Part shown: positions 13,999 to 25,600 of the stretch, piece by piece | Layout of the letters: the number at the start of each line of letters is the position of its first letter | Position numbering within the stretch: the first letter of the stretch is position 1 | Assembly (NCBI RefSeq): GCF_009914755.1 | Contig: NC_060947.1 | Reading direction: 5' to 3' (one strand) | Origin: the human T2T-CHM13v2.0 reference genome, Homo sapiens | Length of the DNA: 64,000 bases | Made by a program: the position numbers and the translations under genes | The notes under the pieces: model-generated | Database searches by the model: none | The model's input: only the letters and a program-made list of their open reading frames with translations | Told to the model about the DNA's origin: nothing

Positions 13999-14517
13999 CT
14001 ATTCCCTTCTAGACTCCTTCTGACAGGTAGAGGATCCCAGGATTTTCCTGTATTTGCCTCATAAACTCTGGCCTGTTGCTGACCAGAGGTAGATTCCCAA
14101 GGCCAGTCTTTTGGCTGTTACCCTATCAACAAGCCAGGTATAGGTCTTATCATACTATCAACATGAACCCGATACCTTCCCTTTCTGTAATAGTGGTTTT
14201 CATTCTAGGCCGTCTGTGAAGGACACTGAAGTGCCAAATGGAAGACTAGATCATAGTGGGACAGGTGTAGCAGTAAACATGTCTAGAACAGGTTGGATAT
14301 TCGCCAAAAGGCATGGAATAGGAAGGCTGCTGGTGTCAGAGACCTGCAGAGTTGATGATAGATATCTTAAAAGTCTCAAGCAGTGATCCCTGTGATCCCT
14401 GATCTTCCATGGTGCATATGTGCCCAGAGAAGACCCAGAAGTTGTCTTCCATATCAGGTTTTCCATTGTCTTGGCCCTACTCCATACCCAGTACTAGGAG
14501 GTCTATCCTTTGTACTG

Positions 14518-14813
14518 TTCTTTTTCCTTGAGACAGGTTCTTGTTCTTTCACCCAGGCTGGAGTGCAGTGGCAATCATGGCTCACTGCAGCTTCAAACTC
14601 CTGGGCTCACATGATCTTCCTGCCTCAGCCTCCCGAGTAGCTGGGACTACAGCACACACCACCACACCTGGCTAATTTTTAAAATATTTTTTTGTGGAGA
14701 GACAGGATCTCACTATGTTGTCCGGGGTGGTCTTGAACTCTTGGGCTCAAGCGATTCTCCCACCTTAGCCTCCCAAAGTGTTAGAATTACAGTGTGAGCC
14801 ACCGTGCCTGGCC
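14518..14813 (-). mobile_element. AluJ SINE
   Basis: Reverse Alu with CTCCTGGGCTCA AluJ diagnostics in both arms. Confidence 0.93.
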
Positions 14814-15194
14814 TTTGTCTTTGACCCACCAGAAAGTGCCCTAGGTAACTTTCTAGGCATCCTGAAGCTCCCCTTGCAGGGCAAAAGCTAATTACAAGGA
14901 TGTCCGTGATGGTAGAAGTGAAATAAGTGTGAAGGCTAAGACTATAGTTACTGTGAAAGGAAGTGTTTCCAAAGCAGTATTACAGTGAGATGACATAGGA
15001 AACTTCTGCCATGGTAAAGTAGGTGGATCAGTCATTTGGCTGGTAGGCGGTAAAGCCACAGAGAAATTCTTCTGGCATTGGAATGATGAAACTTTTACTT
15101 AGTCTGTAGATGGATGGTACACTGATGGATGAAACTGGGCCAGATGGCTGGGAAGTCCACAGGGGCTAAGGATCTTGTAAGATAATTAAGGTTG

Positions 15195-15700
15195 TGGTGG
15201 TCTCTGCCTAACTTTACATCTTCATTTCCTATCAGTCTCCCACTCATTCACCATAATCCTGCCTCTTCTTTCTGTTCCTGAAACCTAGGCCCTTTCCTAC
15301 TGTTGGACCTTTGCACTTGCTCTTCCTTCTGCCTGGAATGTTTTTTTTGCATAGCTTGTGCCTTTTCATAGTGTACATCTTACCTCAAAGAACTCTTTCC
15401 TGATCACTTTGTCTAGAGTTGTCTCTTACTAATTAATGTCTTTAAAATTACCCTATTAATTTACTTGGTGGAATTTATCAACATTTGCAGATTTATTTAT
15501 TTATGTATTATTCCTCCCATTCCCAGATTATAACATCCATGTGGTCCAGGACATTGTCATTCCTTTTCAGCAGTGTTTCCACAGTACTGAAATGGTAGGT
15601 ACTTAATACATATTTATTTGAACAAATGAATGCATGGCATTCATTTATTTGAACAAATGAATGCATGGCATTTATTTATTTGAACAAATGAATGCATTAT
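15195..15700 (+). mobile_element. L2 LINE 3' end
   Basis: GGACCTTTGCACTTGCTCTTCCTTCTGCCTGGAATG..ACTTAATACATATTTATTTGAACAAATGAATG. Confidence 0.85.
15611..15697. repeat. 31-bp tandem repeat, ~2.8 copies
   Basis: Unit TATTTATTTGAACAAATGAATGCATGGCATT starting at 15611, 15642, 15673. Confidence 0.9.
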
Positions 15701-16860
15701 GAGTGGAAGTCAGAGTCAGGATCTAATATGACAATTTTTTGTTAGAACACCCACCCAGCACTATCACAAAGATGATTTTGTGGCTATGGCAAAGGCCAGG
15801 TTGGAAATCAACTTGAGTGAGATGGTGTCCCAGGAACAGTGTGGTGTCAGGAGTAGGTGAAACTAATCTTTGGGTTGCCCAGATCTATCTTTGACCTGGA
15901 TACAGGTGCCAGAGTTTGCAGTGTACTGGAGCATATCATATCAGCTGCCAGGTTGCCCATAGGCCCTGTATTTAAGGTTTGGAATGAGCTATGGTGGACA
16001 GCTGGAGTAATGTCAGGATGTGGGCATTCCTCTCCACCCAAGGCCATGGAGACAGAATACTCAGATCACCTCTGCTGGCTGTGGCTGTGTCCTGATAACC
16101 ACAAAATTCCATGTTACATAGTGTGCCTAGAAGTTAAACCAGAAGTAAGCAGCAACGACTGTGTATCAGTTGCTCTAGACCTCAGTGATCTGAGTATTCT
16201 GTCATCATGTTCTGGGATCCTTGAGGAAGTAACAACATGCTTCTGAGAGAGCTTTGTTGGTCAGTAGCCTTCGTTTTCAAAAAAAAAAAAAAAAAACATT
16301 GATGATGTCTTGGTGACTCAGACACAACAGAAGTGAGCACTGGTGTTTGGGATTCACCTGTGATAGAATGGCTCCCCCAAAATAATGCTGGAGGAATCAC
16401 CTTTGCTAGGATATTGCCTAGTTGGATAGACTAGAATCTGAGCAGAGGTAAACAGAGTCTTTATGGCCATGGCTATGATGGAAGATTAGAGGATCCCATT
16501 CTCCTCAGGTAAAAATCTACCTTTTACAATATCGTGGCAGAAAAATGGTGGATAAATGTTCAGCAGCACTTGGTGAACCTCAGGCTTCTAAGGGCATCTT
16601 TGATTAGCCTAAGGAGGTACTACTCCTAGGTGGTTAGCATATTAGTCAGACAAGAGTTAGTTTGAGAATTCTACCTCTGAACTTTGGAATCTGCACTTTT
16701 TACTGTGGGTTCAAGATGATACCACTACAGGTAGTTATGAACATGCCAGACCATGCTTTTTGTTTTGTTTTATTTTTGAAAGCAGGTGTGAAAATAAAAT
16801 AGGATGTCATCCAGGTAGAGAACAGACTATCTGTGCAGGAGGTCACATAGATGTTGATCA

Positions 16861-17066
16861 TTAAAATAATAATGACTAACATTTATTGAGCACTTATTAT
16901 GAACCCAATCCTCTTTTTACCCCTATTCTATAGGTTAGCAAACTCAGAACCTGAAAGGATAGCTAATTTACCCAAAGATCACACAAGTACTAATTGGAAG
17001 AGCTGAGATTTAAACTAAGGTAGTGAGACTATAGAGCCCATGCTCTGAACACCTATGCTAAACCAC
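16861..17066 (-). mobile_element. MIR SINE
   Basis: AACATTTATTGAGCACTTA..CCCAAAGATCACACA..AGAGCCCATGCTCTGAAC. Confidence 0.85.
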
Positions 17067-17723
17067 TGTCAAATGCTATGCTGTCTTCCATTCCACTAGG
17101 ATTTAGAAGATATTCAAGATTGCTCAGGCCAAATAATACTACAGCAGATTTACTTTGGCTGAAGTGCAACCTCTACTTGTCACCCCCCAGGAAATGAACA
17201 ACTGTAGGGCCCCAGAGGTTCCATTTCATAGTGATACCTCACATAGCTTGTCCCAGAGATTTGAATTGAGCATGAACAGGCAGTGGTGATCATGTTGAGA
17301 TCACTGGCATCCAAGCAAGGGTAGAACTCTTCATTTATCAAAGTTAAAAAGAAATCAGGAGTGTCATCAAGGGAAGTGAATGAAGCACTGCAGAAAATTA
17401 GTGTCTTACTCTTGGGCTCTAAGACACAATATGTGAACTGAGCAGTAACCTGAACCTTGGAGTCCAAGGTGACTGGAACAGCTAGACTTCTGCGTAATGT
17501 CAGTTTCCCTACTCACTGCAAGAAAACCCCTCATGATGGACAGTGTTCCATGTGATCCAGGACTGAGGGGCACAGGAGGAACATGATAACTGTATCATTT
17601 TGTTATAAATGGGAAATCCTGATTTTTCCAGATGATAACCACTTTGAAGACTTTTACCCAGGAAAGGGTGAGGGCCCAGCGGAAAGGTGGAGGTGGACCC
17701 TGTGTAATGGACTGCACAAACCT

Positions 17724-18101
17724 TATATTAGTCTATTCTCACACTGCTATAGAGAACTACCTGAGACTGGGTAATTTATGAAGAAAAGAGGTTTTAATTG
17801 ACTCACAGTTCTGCAGGTTATACAGGAAACATGGTTGGGGAGGCCTTGGAAACTTACAGTGGAAGGGCAAAGGGGAAGCAAGTACCTTCTTTACATGGAG
17901 GAGCAGGAGACAGAGTGAAGAGGGAAGTGCCATACACTTTTTAACAACCAGATCTCATGAGAACTCATTCACTATTATGAGAACAGCAAGGGGAAAATCT
18001 GACCCCATGATCAAATTACCTCCCACCAGGTCCCTCCCTCAACATTGACAATTATAATTCCACATGAGATTTGTGTGGGGACACAGAGCCAAACCATATT
18101 A
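17724..18101 (-). mobile_element. MSTA-like MaLR solo LTR
   Basis: TATTAGTCTATTCTCACACTGCTAT..CCAAACCATATTA; 5-bp TSD AACCT / AGCCT. Confidence 0.9.
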
Positions 18102-18194
18102 AGCCTCTTGGCGCTTTCTCCCATTTCCAGCTTGATGGCATGGCTCCATGTTTACTGATCCCTTTCACAAGTAGTGCCTGTCAAATATATCAGT

Positions 18195-18447
18195 TATTAA
18201 TAGTAATAAGAGATAGCATGTTTTTATTACTTACTATGTGCCAAGCACTGTGCTGAGCATTTTACATGGAGTATTTCATTTAAGCCTCATGACTACTTAT
18301 AATGCCTGTTCTATTAGTATTCCTATTCTAAAGATAAGAAAAATTAAGCACAGAGAAGTTAGATGATTTGCCTCAGGTCACAGAAAAGATAACAGAGCCA
18401 GTAACAATCCCAAGTGGACTAAATCCAGAACCTGCCCTCTTAACTAC
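18195..18447 (-). mobile_element. MIR SINE
   Basis: TTACTATGTGCCAAGCACTGTGCTGAGC..GCACAGAGAAGTTA..AGGTCACAG. Confidence 0.85.
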
Positions 18448-18461
18448 TAGGATGGAAGCAA

Positions 18462-18826
18462 TTATTCTTGCCTCAAGGCTCCTACATTTGCTGTTCCTTT
18501 TGCTTGAAACAATTTCCTCCAGATTGTCACAGAAATGCCTCCTTCTCATCATTCAAATCTCAACTTAAATGTCACTCTATCAGAGAGGCCTTTCCTGATC
18601 ACTCAATCTAAAATAGCTGTCCCCACTCTATGTCTGTCACATGACTACATGAAATCATGTTATTTATATTTTTGTATTTGTTTATTTTTATCTTCTCGAC
18701 CCCAACCAGAATGAAAACCTTGTAAATGTGGGGATTTTTGTCTGTTTTTATCAGAGCTAAATTACCAGCACCTAAAACAGTGACTGGTACATGAAAGGAA
18801 GCAGGTAGGCATTTGTGGACTGACTG
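18462..18826 (+). mobile_element. L2 LINE 3' end
   Basis: CTTAAATGTCAC..CAGAGAGGCCTTTCCTGATCAC..CCAGCACCTAAAACAGTGACTGGTACAT. Confidence 0.85.
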
Positions 18827-19023
18827 GTATCACTATGTCATCTCAGATCAGGGGGGCTTTGCGTTGGGAGGTGGGGACTTCAAAGCCTTTACCTAGAGAT
18901 AGAAGCCCATTTGCTACTGTGAGTTCACATTCAATAGCACTTGGGCCTGTATATTCTATGCTGTTGGGCTCAATGTGTCTTTGACGGAAGAGGGCAATGA
19001 CACTGTAGGTCAGGACACAAGGA

Positions 19024-19464
19024 TTATGGTGTCATGGTACATGTTTAACTATCAGCTCTTCAAAAGGAGAAGCCCTGATTTGTAGTGTTTGCTGATTTTC
19101 ATGGTATAATTATTCCCAGCATAATTCAAACCATCATGCTTCAAGCTGCCCACATGGTATCACTGAATATGGAATTGGGAAGAGATATACAGTAGTACAC
19201 CATTATATGCTATTTCCACCCTACATATACAAAAGCCATAAATAACATCAACAGCATAGATGATGATAACAAAATAAAATAGTTAACAAGTGATAAATTT
19301 TGAGTATTATCTTTGTTTTTTATATAATTTAATTAGAAGTTTATATTATTTAATTTTTAATAATGGCTGTGTTTAATAATTTTATTAAAAATTAAATAAT
19401 ATTATGAACCCATTAACATTTGGCTCTTGTGAGCCAGTACAAGCCAGCTCCAGTACACATGACT
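19024..19464 (-). mobile_element. MER63B-like hAT-Blackjack element
   Basis: AAGCCCTGATTTGTAGTGTTTGC..AATAATGGCTGTGTTTAA..GAGCCAGTACAAGCCAGCTCCAG. Confidence 0.85.
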
Positions 19465-19869
19465 GGACCAGCACCTCTGGAAAATAGGCACAGGTGCTTT
19501 CCCAGCCTTTGGAAACATACACTCCACAGTTGTCAATGAATGATGTGTGCAGGCAGCTGATTTTAGTGTGAGTTGGAGGGGCAATGTCAACAGCTGCAGT
19601 GGAAAATGCAGGTGGACTGTTAATAGGTCTGCCAGTTTTGCAGTTCTCAGGGGCTTGGGATCTGTACCCTTGAGATCATCTCAGAACTGTGTGTGTGAGG
19701 AAAATCATTTCATTCCAGCCCCATGCCAAGAACTGAAAATCACTAACATAGCAGAAATCCATTGCTCAGAAAAGATCATCCCAGATGGAATTGCTAAGCA
19801 CATGTTGGCTCTTGTGAGGGATGTACTATTGAGCTATAGCAAGAGAATTGCCCACATTTGTGTGTTAAT

Positions 19870-20108
19870 AGGCAACATAATGTAGTGGTTAAGAGAATGA
19901 GATCTAGAGGCAGATTGCTTGGGTCACCATCTTGATTCTGCTGCTTACTGGCTGTGTGAACTTAGGCAAGTTACTTAATATTTTTATGCCTCAGTGTCCT
20001 CATCTTTAAAATGGGTATATAATAGTACCCATTTTTGGGTTAATGTGATGATTAAATTAGTTAATATGTGATAGATGGTGAATGCTATGTTAGCATGCTA
20101 TCATTTTT
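19870..20108 (+). mobile_element. MIR SINE
   Basis: GTAGTGGTTAAGAG..CTGTGTGAACTTAGGCAAGTTACTTAA..CCTCATCTTTAAAATGGG. Confidence 0.88.
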
Positions 20109-20640
20109 GTTATCTGCCTGTCAAGAGATCAGAAATGTAACATGCCCAACCTTCCCCTACATTCCTGGAGCAGAATGTCTTCAATGGAAAGTAGGACTAC
20201 CACTAGGAATCATCAGTGATTTTCTGCAGGATTGGGAGTTTTGCAAGCAACAACTAAGGTTTGGATACTGAAACTCCACAGTTCCAATGCTGGGCTGTCA
20301 CTTGGCAGAGTGTCTAAATATACCACTGCCACAGTCCTCCTCTGTGAAATGCAAATAGAAGCCCCCAGGAGTCAAGTGGACTCTAAAGCTTGTCTGACAC
20401 CCTGCCTGTGATAAGTTGAGTCACAAAGGTTACTGTAGCTCTGATCAGAGGGATGTCCCTTATGCCTGGGCAAGCTGAAGAAGTGGGATGCCTCCTGCTC
20501 CTTGATGTGATATTTGGAATCAAAGAGCAGCTCCCTGAAGCAACTTCCTTAATAAGTGCAAGTTCAGAAAAAAGGAAAATATCTGTGCCAGGCCAGAAAG
20601 CCAAAGGAGACTTGTAAAAAATGGGAAGGTAAGGTACAAG

Positions 20641-21048
20641 CAGGGATTTGCTGGTCAATGTGTAATAACTGGCTCTACAGGCAGGGGAAAACCAGTGTGT
20701 GGCAATTTCTTTCATGTTAATATTTCTATTATGTGACATCATATTTCTATTATGTGAATTTCACATAATTTCTATTATGTGAATTTCACATAATTTCTAT
20801 TATGTGAATTTCACATAATTTCTATTATGTGAATTTCACATAATTTCTATTATGTGAATTTCACATAATTTCTATTATGGGAAATTCACATAATTTCTAT
20901 TATGTGAATTTCACATAATTTCTATTATGTGAATTTCACATAATTTCTATTATGTGAATTTCTATTTAATGTGGCATCACTGAATACAGAGTTGGGAAAA
21001 GATGCACACTTTCAGCTCTCATGAACCAGTTGTAGCAAGCTCCAGCCA
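20641..21048 (-). mobile_element. MER63A-like element carrying an internal minisatellite
   Basis: CAGGGATTTGCTGGTCAATGTGTAATAACTGGCTCT at left, GTGGCATCACTGAATACAGAGTTGGGAAAAGATGCACAC..GCTCCAGC at right. Confidence 0.75.
20743..20963. repeat. 25-bp palindromic minisatellite, ~9 copies
   Basis: Unit ATTATGTGAA-T-TTCACATAAT-TTCT; TATGTGAATT recurs every 25 bp from 20751 to 20951, one variant copy at 20876. Confidence 0.97.
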
Positions 21049-21510
21049 ATAAAAATAGTCTAAAAGCAGCCAAAGGGAAGAGATGTTAGAAGCTCATAAT
21101 AGGGAATAAAGCTTATCCTAACTTTTGATTCTTAAGACAAGTAACTGCAGTAACATGGGCATGCAAGAAGCTTTTAAAGGAAATGAGAATTGAGTGAGCA
21201 ACTACATTTTCTGCAACACATTCTATTTACCAACTTGAGTAATCGGGGCAGTTGTTGAGGGATAGCTCAGATGAAACAGAGAATGGTGAAATATGCAAGG
21301 GAGGACACAGAGTAGAAATGCCACCAAACTGACTGTCTCTTTTATTTTTAAGGGTATCAACTAGGCATCCTTCATTTGAGAGCGGAGGCAGGCAGAGGAG
21401 CACCCCCTGAGGCTGAGAAAAGGGCCAGCAGCATTCTAGTTATCGTCGTAGACACACTAGGGTGGTGGAGTGGTGGTGCTTCTGTTTATTTTTCAAGAAC
21501 AAAAAACATG

Positions 21511-22183
21511 ATTTTTTTTTTAACTTTTATGTCAAGTTCAGGAGTACAAGTACGACTTTGTCACATAGGTAAACTTGTGTCATGGGGTTTGTTGTGTAGT
21601 TTATTTCATCACTCAGGTGTTAATCCTAGTACCCGTTAGTTATTTTTCCTGATCCTCTCCCTCCTCCCACTCTCCACCCTCTGAAAGGCCCCAGTGTGTG
21701 TTATTCCCATCTATGTGTCCATGTGTTCTCATCATTTAGCTCCCATTTATAAGTGAGAACATGTGGTATTTTGTTTTCTGTTCTTGTGTTAGTTTGCTAA
21801 ATATAATGGCCTCCATTTCCATCCATGTTTCTTCAAAGGACATGATGCCATTATTTTTTATGGCTGCATAGTATTCCATGGTGTATATGTACCATATTTT
21901 CTTTATCCAGTCTATCATTGATGGGCATTTAAGTTGATTACATGTCTTTGCTACTGTGAATAGGGCTGCAATGAACATAGGCATGCATATGTCTCTATAA
22001 TACAATGATTTATATTCCTTTGGGTATATACCCAGTAATGGGACTGCTGGGTCGAATGATATTTCTTTCTTTAGATCTTTGAGGAATAACCACACAGTCT
22101 TCCACAATGGCTGAATTAATTTATTCTCACACCAACAGAGTATAAACGTTCCTTTTTCTTCACAACCTCACCAGCATCTGTTG
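21511..22183 (-). mobile_element. L1PA13-like 3' fragment
   Basis: ORF 21736-22107 is the L1 ORF2 C-terminus (WKTVW.FLKDL..PFDPA.PLLGIYP-type); older L1PA 3' UTR and poly(T). Confidence 0.92.
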
Positions 22184-22659
22184 ATTGGCCTGGATATCCT
22201 TTAGGTTCTGTTTAGCCATTAGAGTAATGGAAGTACTAAATGGAAAACTGAAAAACTGTTTTCTCTGGAAGGGTTCTGCCTCTTGGAGGAGTGCAGTGGC
22301 TGACTCTGTGTGAATCCCACTTTAATAGGTTGGTAAAAAATGTACCTACTGTACATAAGAGGTGTAGCACAGAGTGATGCTTCCAAGTCCAAGAGTCCAT
22401 TTAAAGGACCCACCATAACATCCATCTGCAGATGGTGACAGGTAGATGCAAATGTGGAGGGCTTTGACAGCATTCTCCAAAGCGGGGATACAAACATGAC
22501 TTTCTCATGAGAGATCAGTGGATGTCACATTCTTGGAAATGGAGAATTTCCTTGATGATTTTGGCAGCAATGTTTGATACAACTGGAGTATTATTTCAAA
22601 GGCAGTAATATGCTACTTGAATAGTGGTGTTCTTAATCACTAGAATTATCCCCTAGAAT

Positions 22660-25600
22660 TGACATCAGCAAAATGGCAGACTAAGAAGTCCCAGCCTATA
22701 TCCCGCCTGCCAAAATAATGATTAACAACTACCCACTGATGAAAATATCTCTGGCAAAACTCTAGAGTACAATGAAAAAGCTGCAGCAACCTAGTGGAAC
22801 ACAAAAACAAAGGATGTTGGCATAGAAAAGTATAAGAAGCATTTTACCAGCATCAGCCTATTCCCCAGCTCAGCATAGCTTGGTGCAAAGATGGATTCCC
22901 TCAGCTGCAACTTCACCTTGTGGAAGAAAAAGAAGAGCAGGAAGACCCAAGGAGTCTTCACCAACAAGGACTCCAACAGTCTTTGACAATGCTAACTCCA
23001 GCTGGTGGAGCTGTTTGAAATTCATGCCACTGTGAACCCTGTGACTGGAGCTGTGACACCTTTTCCCTGCTATAGCACCACTGTGTGCACACCCATGCCC
23101 TGGGCCATGGCATGGTCACTGCTACACACACACTCATCTCTCAGGCCTTGGTGGTGCTGCTGTTGCACACACAACTGTGCTCAATACTCCAGCACCAAAA
23201 GGGATCACCTTGGTCATAACTAATGTTGATGGGAAAAAAAGGAGAGCAGGAGCACCCCAGCAGTCTTCCCTAGCAAGGATTCTAGCAGATCTTTCCACCA
23301 TCATGGACACACACATCTTTCACTGCCAAGTACTTCTGTTGTCTTTGCCAACAGTGACTTCAGCTGACAGATTGGTCTGGAATTTATGCCACTGTTTCCT
23401 TCTGGAGCTAGACCCACTACACTCTACCTAGCTCATGCCCTTGCACTCACCTGTAAGTGAAAGTCTTTCCCCACTGAAGGTTGTTCATGAAGTCTTAAAG
23501 AGGTGACTGCTTTTTCCAATGTGCAGATATCAACACAAGATTATAAGGAACACAAATAACAGTGGAAACATGACACCACCAAAGAAACACAATAAATTTT
23601 GAATAACTAATCCTCCCCAAATGGAGATGTATAAATTGCCTAACAAAGAAGTCAAAATAATAGTTTTCATAGAAGCTCGGTAAAATACATGAAAACACAG
23701 ATGGGAAACTTAACAAAGTCATGAAAGCAATACATGAAGAAATTAAGAAGTTCAACAAAGAGATTGAAATCGTAGAAAAACAACAGAAATTCTGGAGCTG
23801 AAGAATACGATGAATGAAATAAAAATGCAACAGAAAGTAGATTCACTCTAGCAGGAGAATGTATGAACTTGAAAACAGGTCATTTAAAATTACCCAGTCA
23901 GAGAAGAAAAAAGAAAAAAAAATTAAAAAGAGTGAAGAAAGCTTATGGGACTTATGGGACAACCATCAAGCAAACCAATATTTATGTTATGGAATTTTTA
24001 GAAGCATCAGAGAGAGAGAAAGAAGAGAAAACTTATTTAAAGAAATAATGACAGAAAATTTCCCAAATCTTGGGAGGGAAATAGGCATCCAGATTCATTA
24101 GGTATAATGCATCTCAGAAAGGATCAACAAAAAGAGTACTACATGGAGGCATATTAAAATCAATTGTCAAAAGTCAAGGACAAAAATAGAATTCTGAAAG
24201 CAACAAGAGAAAAGTGACACATAACATATGAGGGAAAACTGCCTAAGCCCATCAGCAAAACTTTTATATGGGGAGAGAGTGGCATGATATATTCAAAATA
24301 GTGAAAGAACAAACTGTCAACCAAGAATACTATATCAGCAAATTTGTCCTTTAAAAATGAAGACGAGATCATCTTTACCACACAAACAAAAACTAAGGGA
24401 GTTTATCACCATTAGACTGCCTTAAAAGAAATGCTTAGGGGGTTCTCCAAATTGAAAAGAAAATATGCTAAACAGCAATGCAAAAGCATATGAAAGCATA
24501 AATTTCACTGGTAAGGGTAAACACATAGATAAATACTGAATAATGTAGCACTGTAATGGTGATGTACAAATAACTTTTAATATAAAAGTTAAAATAAGCC
24601 AAATTTTAATGGATACTCAATATAAAAAGAAGCAAACTCTGACTACAAATCACAAAGTTGTGGGGAGTAAAAGAGTAGAGTTTTTGAATGCGATTGAAGT
24701 TAAATTTTTTATCAACTTAAAATAACTACAAATATAAGATACTTTATACAAGGCTTGAGCTAACCACAAAGAAAAAAAAGCTTATAATGAATATGCAAAA
24801 GATAAAGAAAACAGAATCAAAGCAAATCACTACTAAAAATTATTAAATATCAATGAAAGACAGCAAGAGAGGCAGAGAGGAACAAAATAACTACAAAACA
24901 GACAGAAAAAAATTAATAAAATGGCAATAGTAAATCTGCACCTATCAATAATTTTTTTCTTTCCAACTTTTAGGTTCAGGTGGTACATGTGCAGATTTGT
25001 TATATGGGTAAAGTGTGCATCATGGAAGATTGGTGTACAGACATTTTGTCACCTAGGTAATAAGCATAGTACCTCATAGGTAATTTTTCGATTTTCACCC
25101 TCTCCCCCACCCTCCACCTTCAAGAAGGTCCTGGGGTCTATTGTTCCCTTCTTTGTATCCATGTGTACTTAATATTTAGCTCCCACTTAACAGTGAGAAC
25201 ATGTATTTGTTTTTTTTCTTCTCACATTAATTCACTTTGGATAATGGTCTCCAGCTCCACCTAAGTTATTGCAAATGACATTATTTCATTCCATTTTTAT
25301 GGCTGTGTAGTATTCCATGGTGTATATGTACCACTTTTTTTTATTCAGTCCACCATTGATGGACATCTAGTTTCATTCCATGTCTTTGCTATTGTGAAAA
25401 GTACTGTGATGAACATACACATGCATGACTCTTTATGGTAGAACAATTTATATTCCTTTGGGTATATACCCAGTAATGGGATTGCCATGTTGAATGATAG
25501 TTCTAAGTTCTTTGAGAGATCTCCAGACTCCTTTCCACAGTGGCTGAACTAATTTACGTTCCCACCAATAGCGTATAAGCATTCCCTTTTCTCCACAACC

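Larger units (their letters stand above)
13999..16860 (-). mobile_element. Ancient chromovirus-like Gypsy remnant A (RT, RNase H, integrase, GPY/F, chromodomain, PPT)
   Basis: VLYLDDILFY (YLDDIL 16800-16817), KKCRFQSSEVEF (16666-16701), RFTKCC*TFIHHFS, FTSAQILVYP (16423-16452), YSDH*GLEQL, TCIQVK..LTPHCSWDTISL (~15817-15908), GLP..YHPSTD (15102-15119), ND*STYFTMAEVSY, INS..IQPV, YLAC**G..WES (~14092-14140). Confidence 0.8.

Noticed and set aside
14200-15070. Plus-strand PNMA-gag and zinc-knuckle-like reading
   Set aside because: Superseded by a stronger minus-strand integrase/GPY-F reading in the expected order.
15842-15859. TGGTGTCAGGAGTAGG, similar to a tRNA-Leu primer-binding site
   Set aside because: Falls inside the minus-strand integrase LLTPH motif, with no LTR upstream on the plus strand.
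15857-16246. 129-aa plus-strand ORF with LDTGA, resembling a retroviral aspartic protease, followed by IDDVLV near 16298
   Set aside because: The same bases read on the minus strand as RNase H and integrase motifs colinear with YLDD at 16800 and the downstream integrase core; the plus-strand match is best treated as an antisense coincidence. An HMM search on both strands would settle it.
20641-20742. WFS..SYY in ORF 20383-20742 resembling RT motif A
   Set aside because: These bases belong to the MER63A-like element.
20743-20963. CRISPR-like array of palindromic repeats
   Set aside because: No unique spacers, no cas genes, primate DNA; it is a minisatellite.
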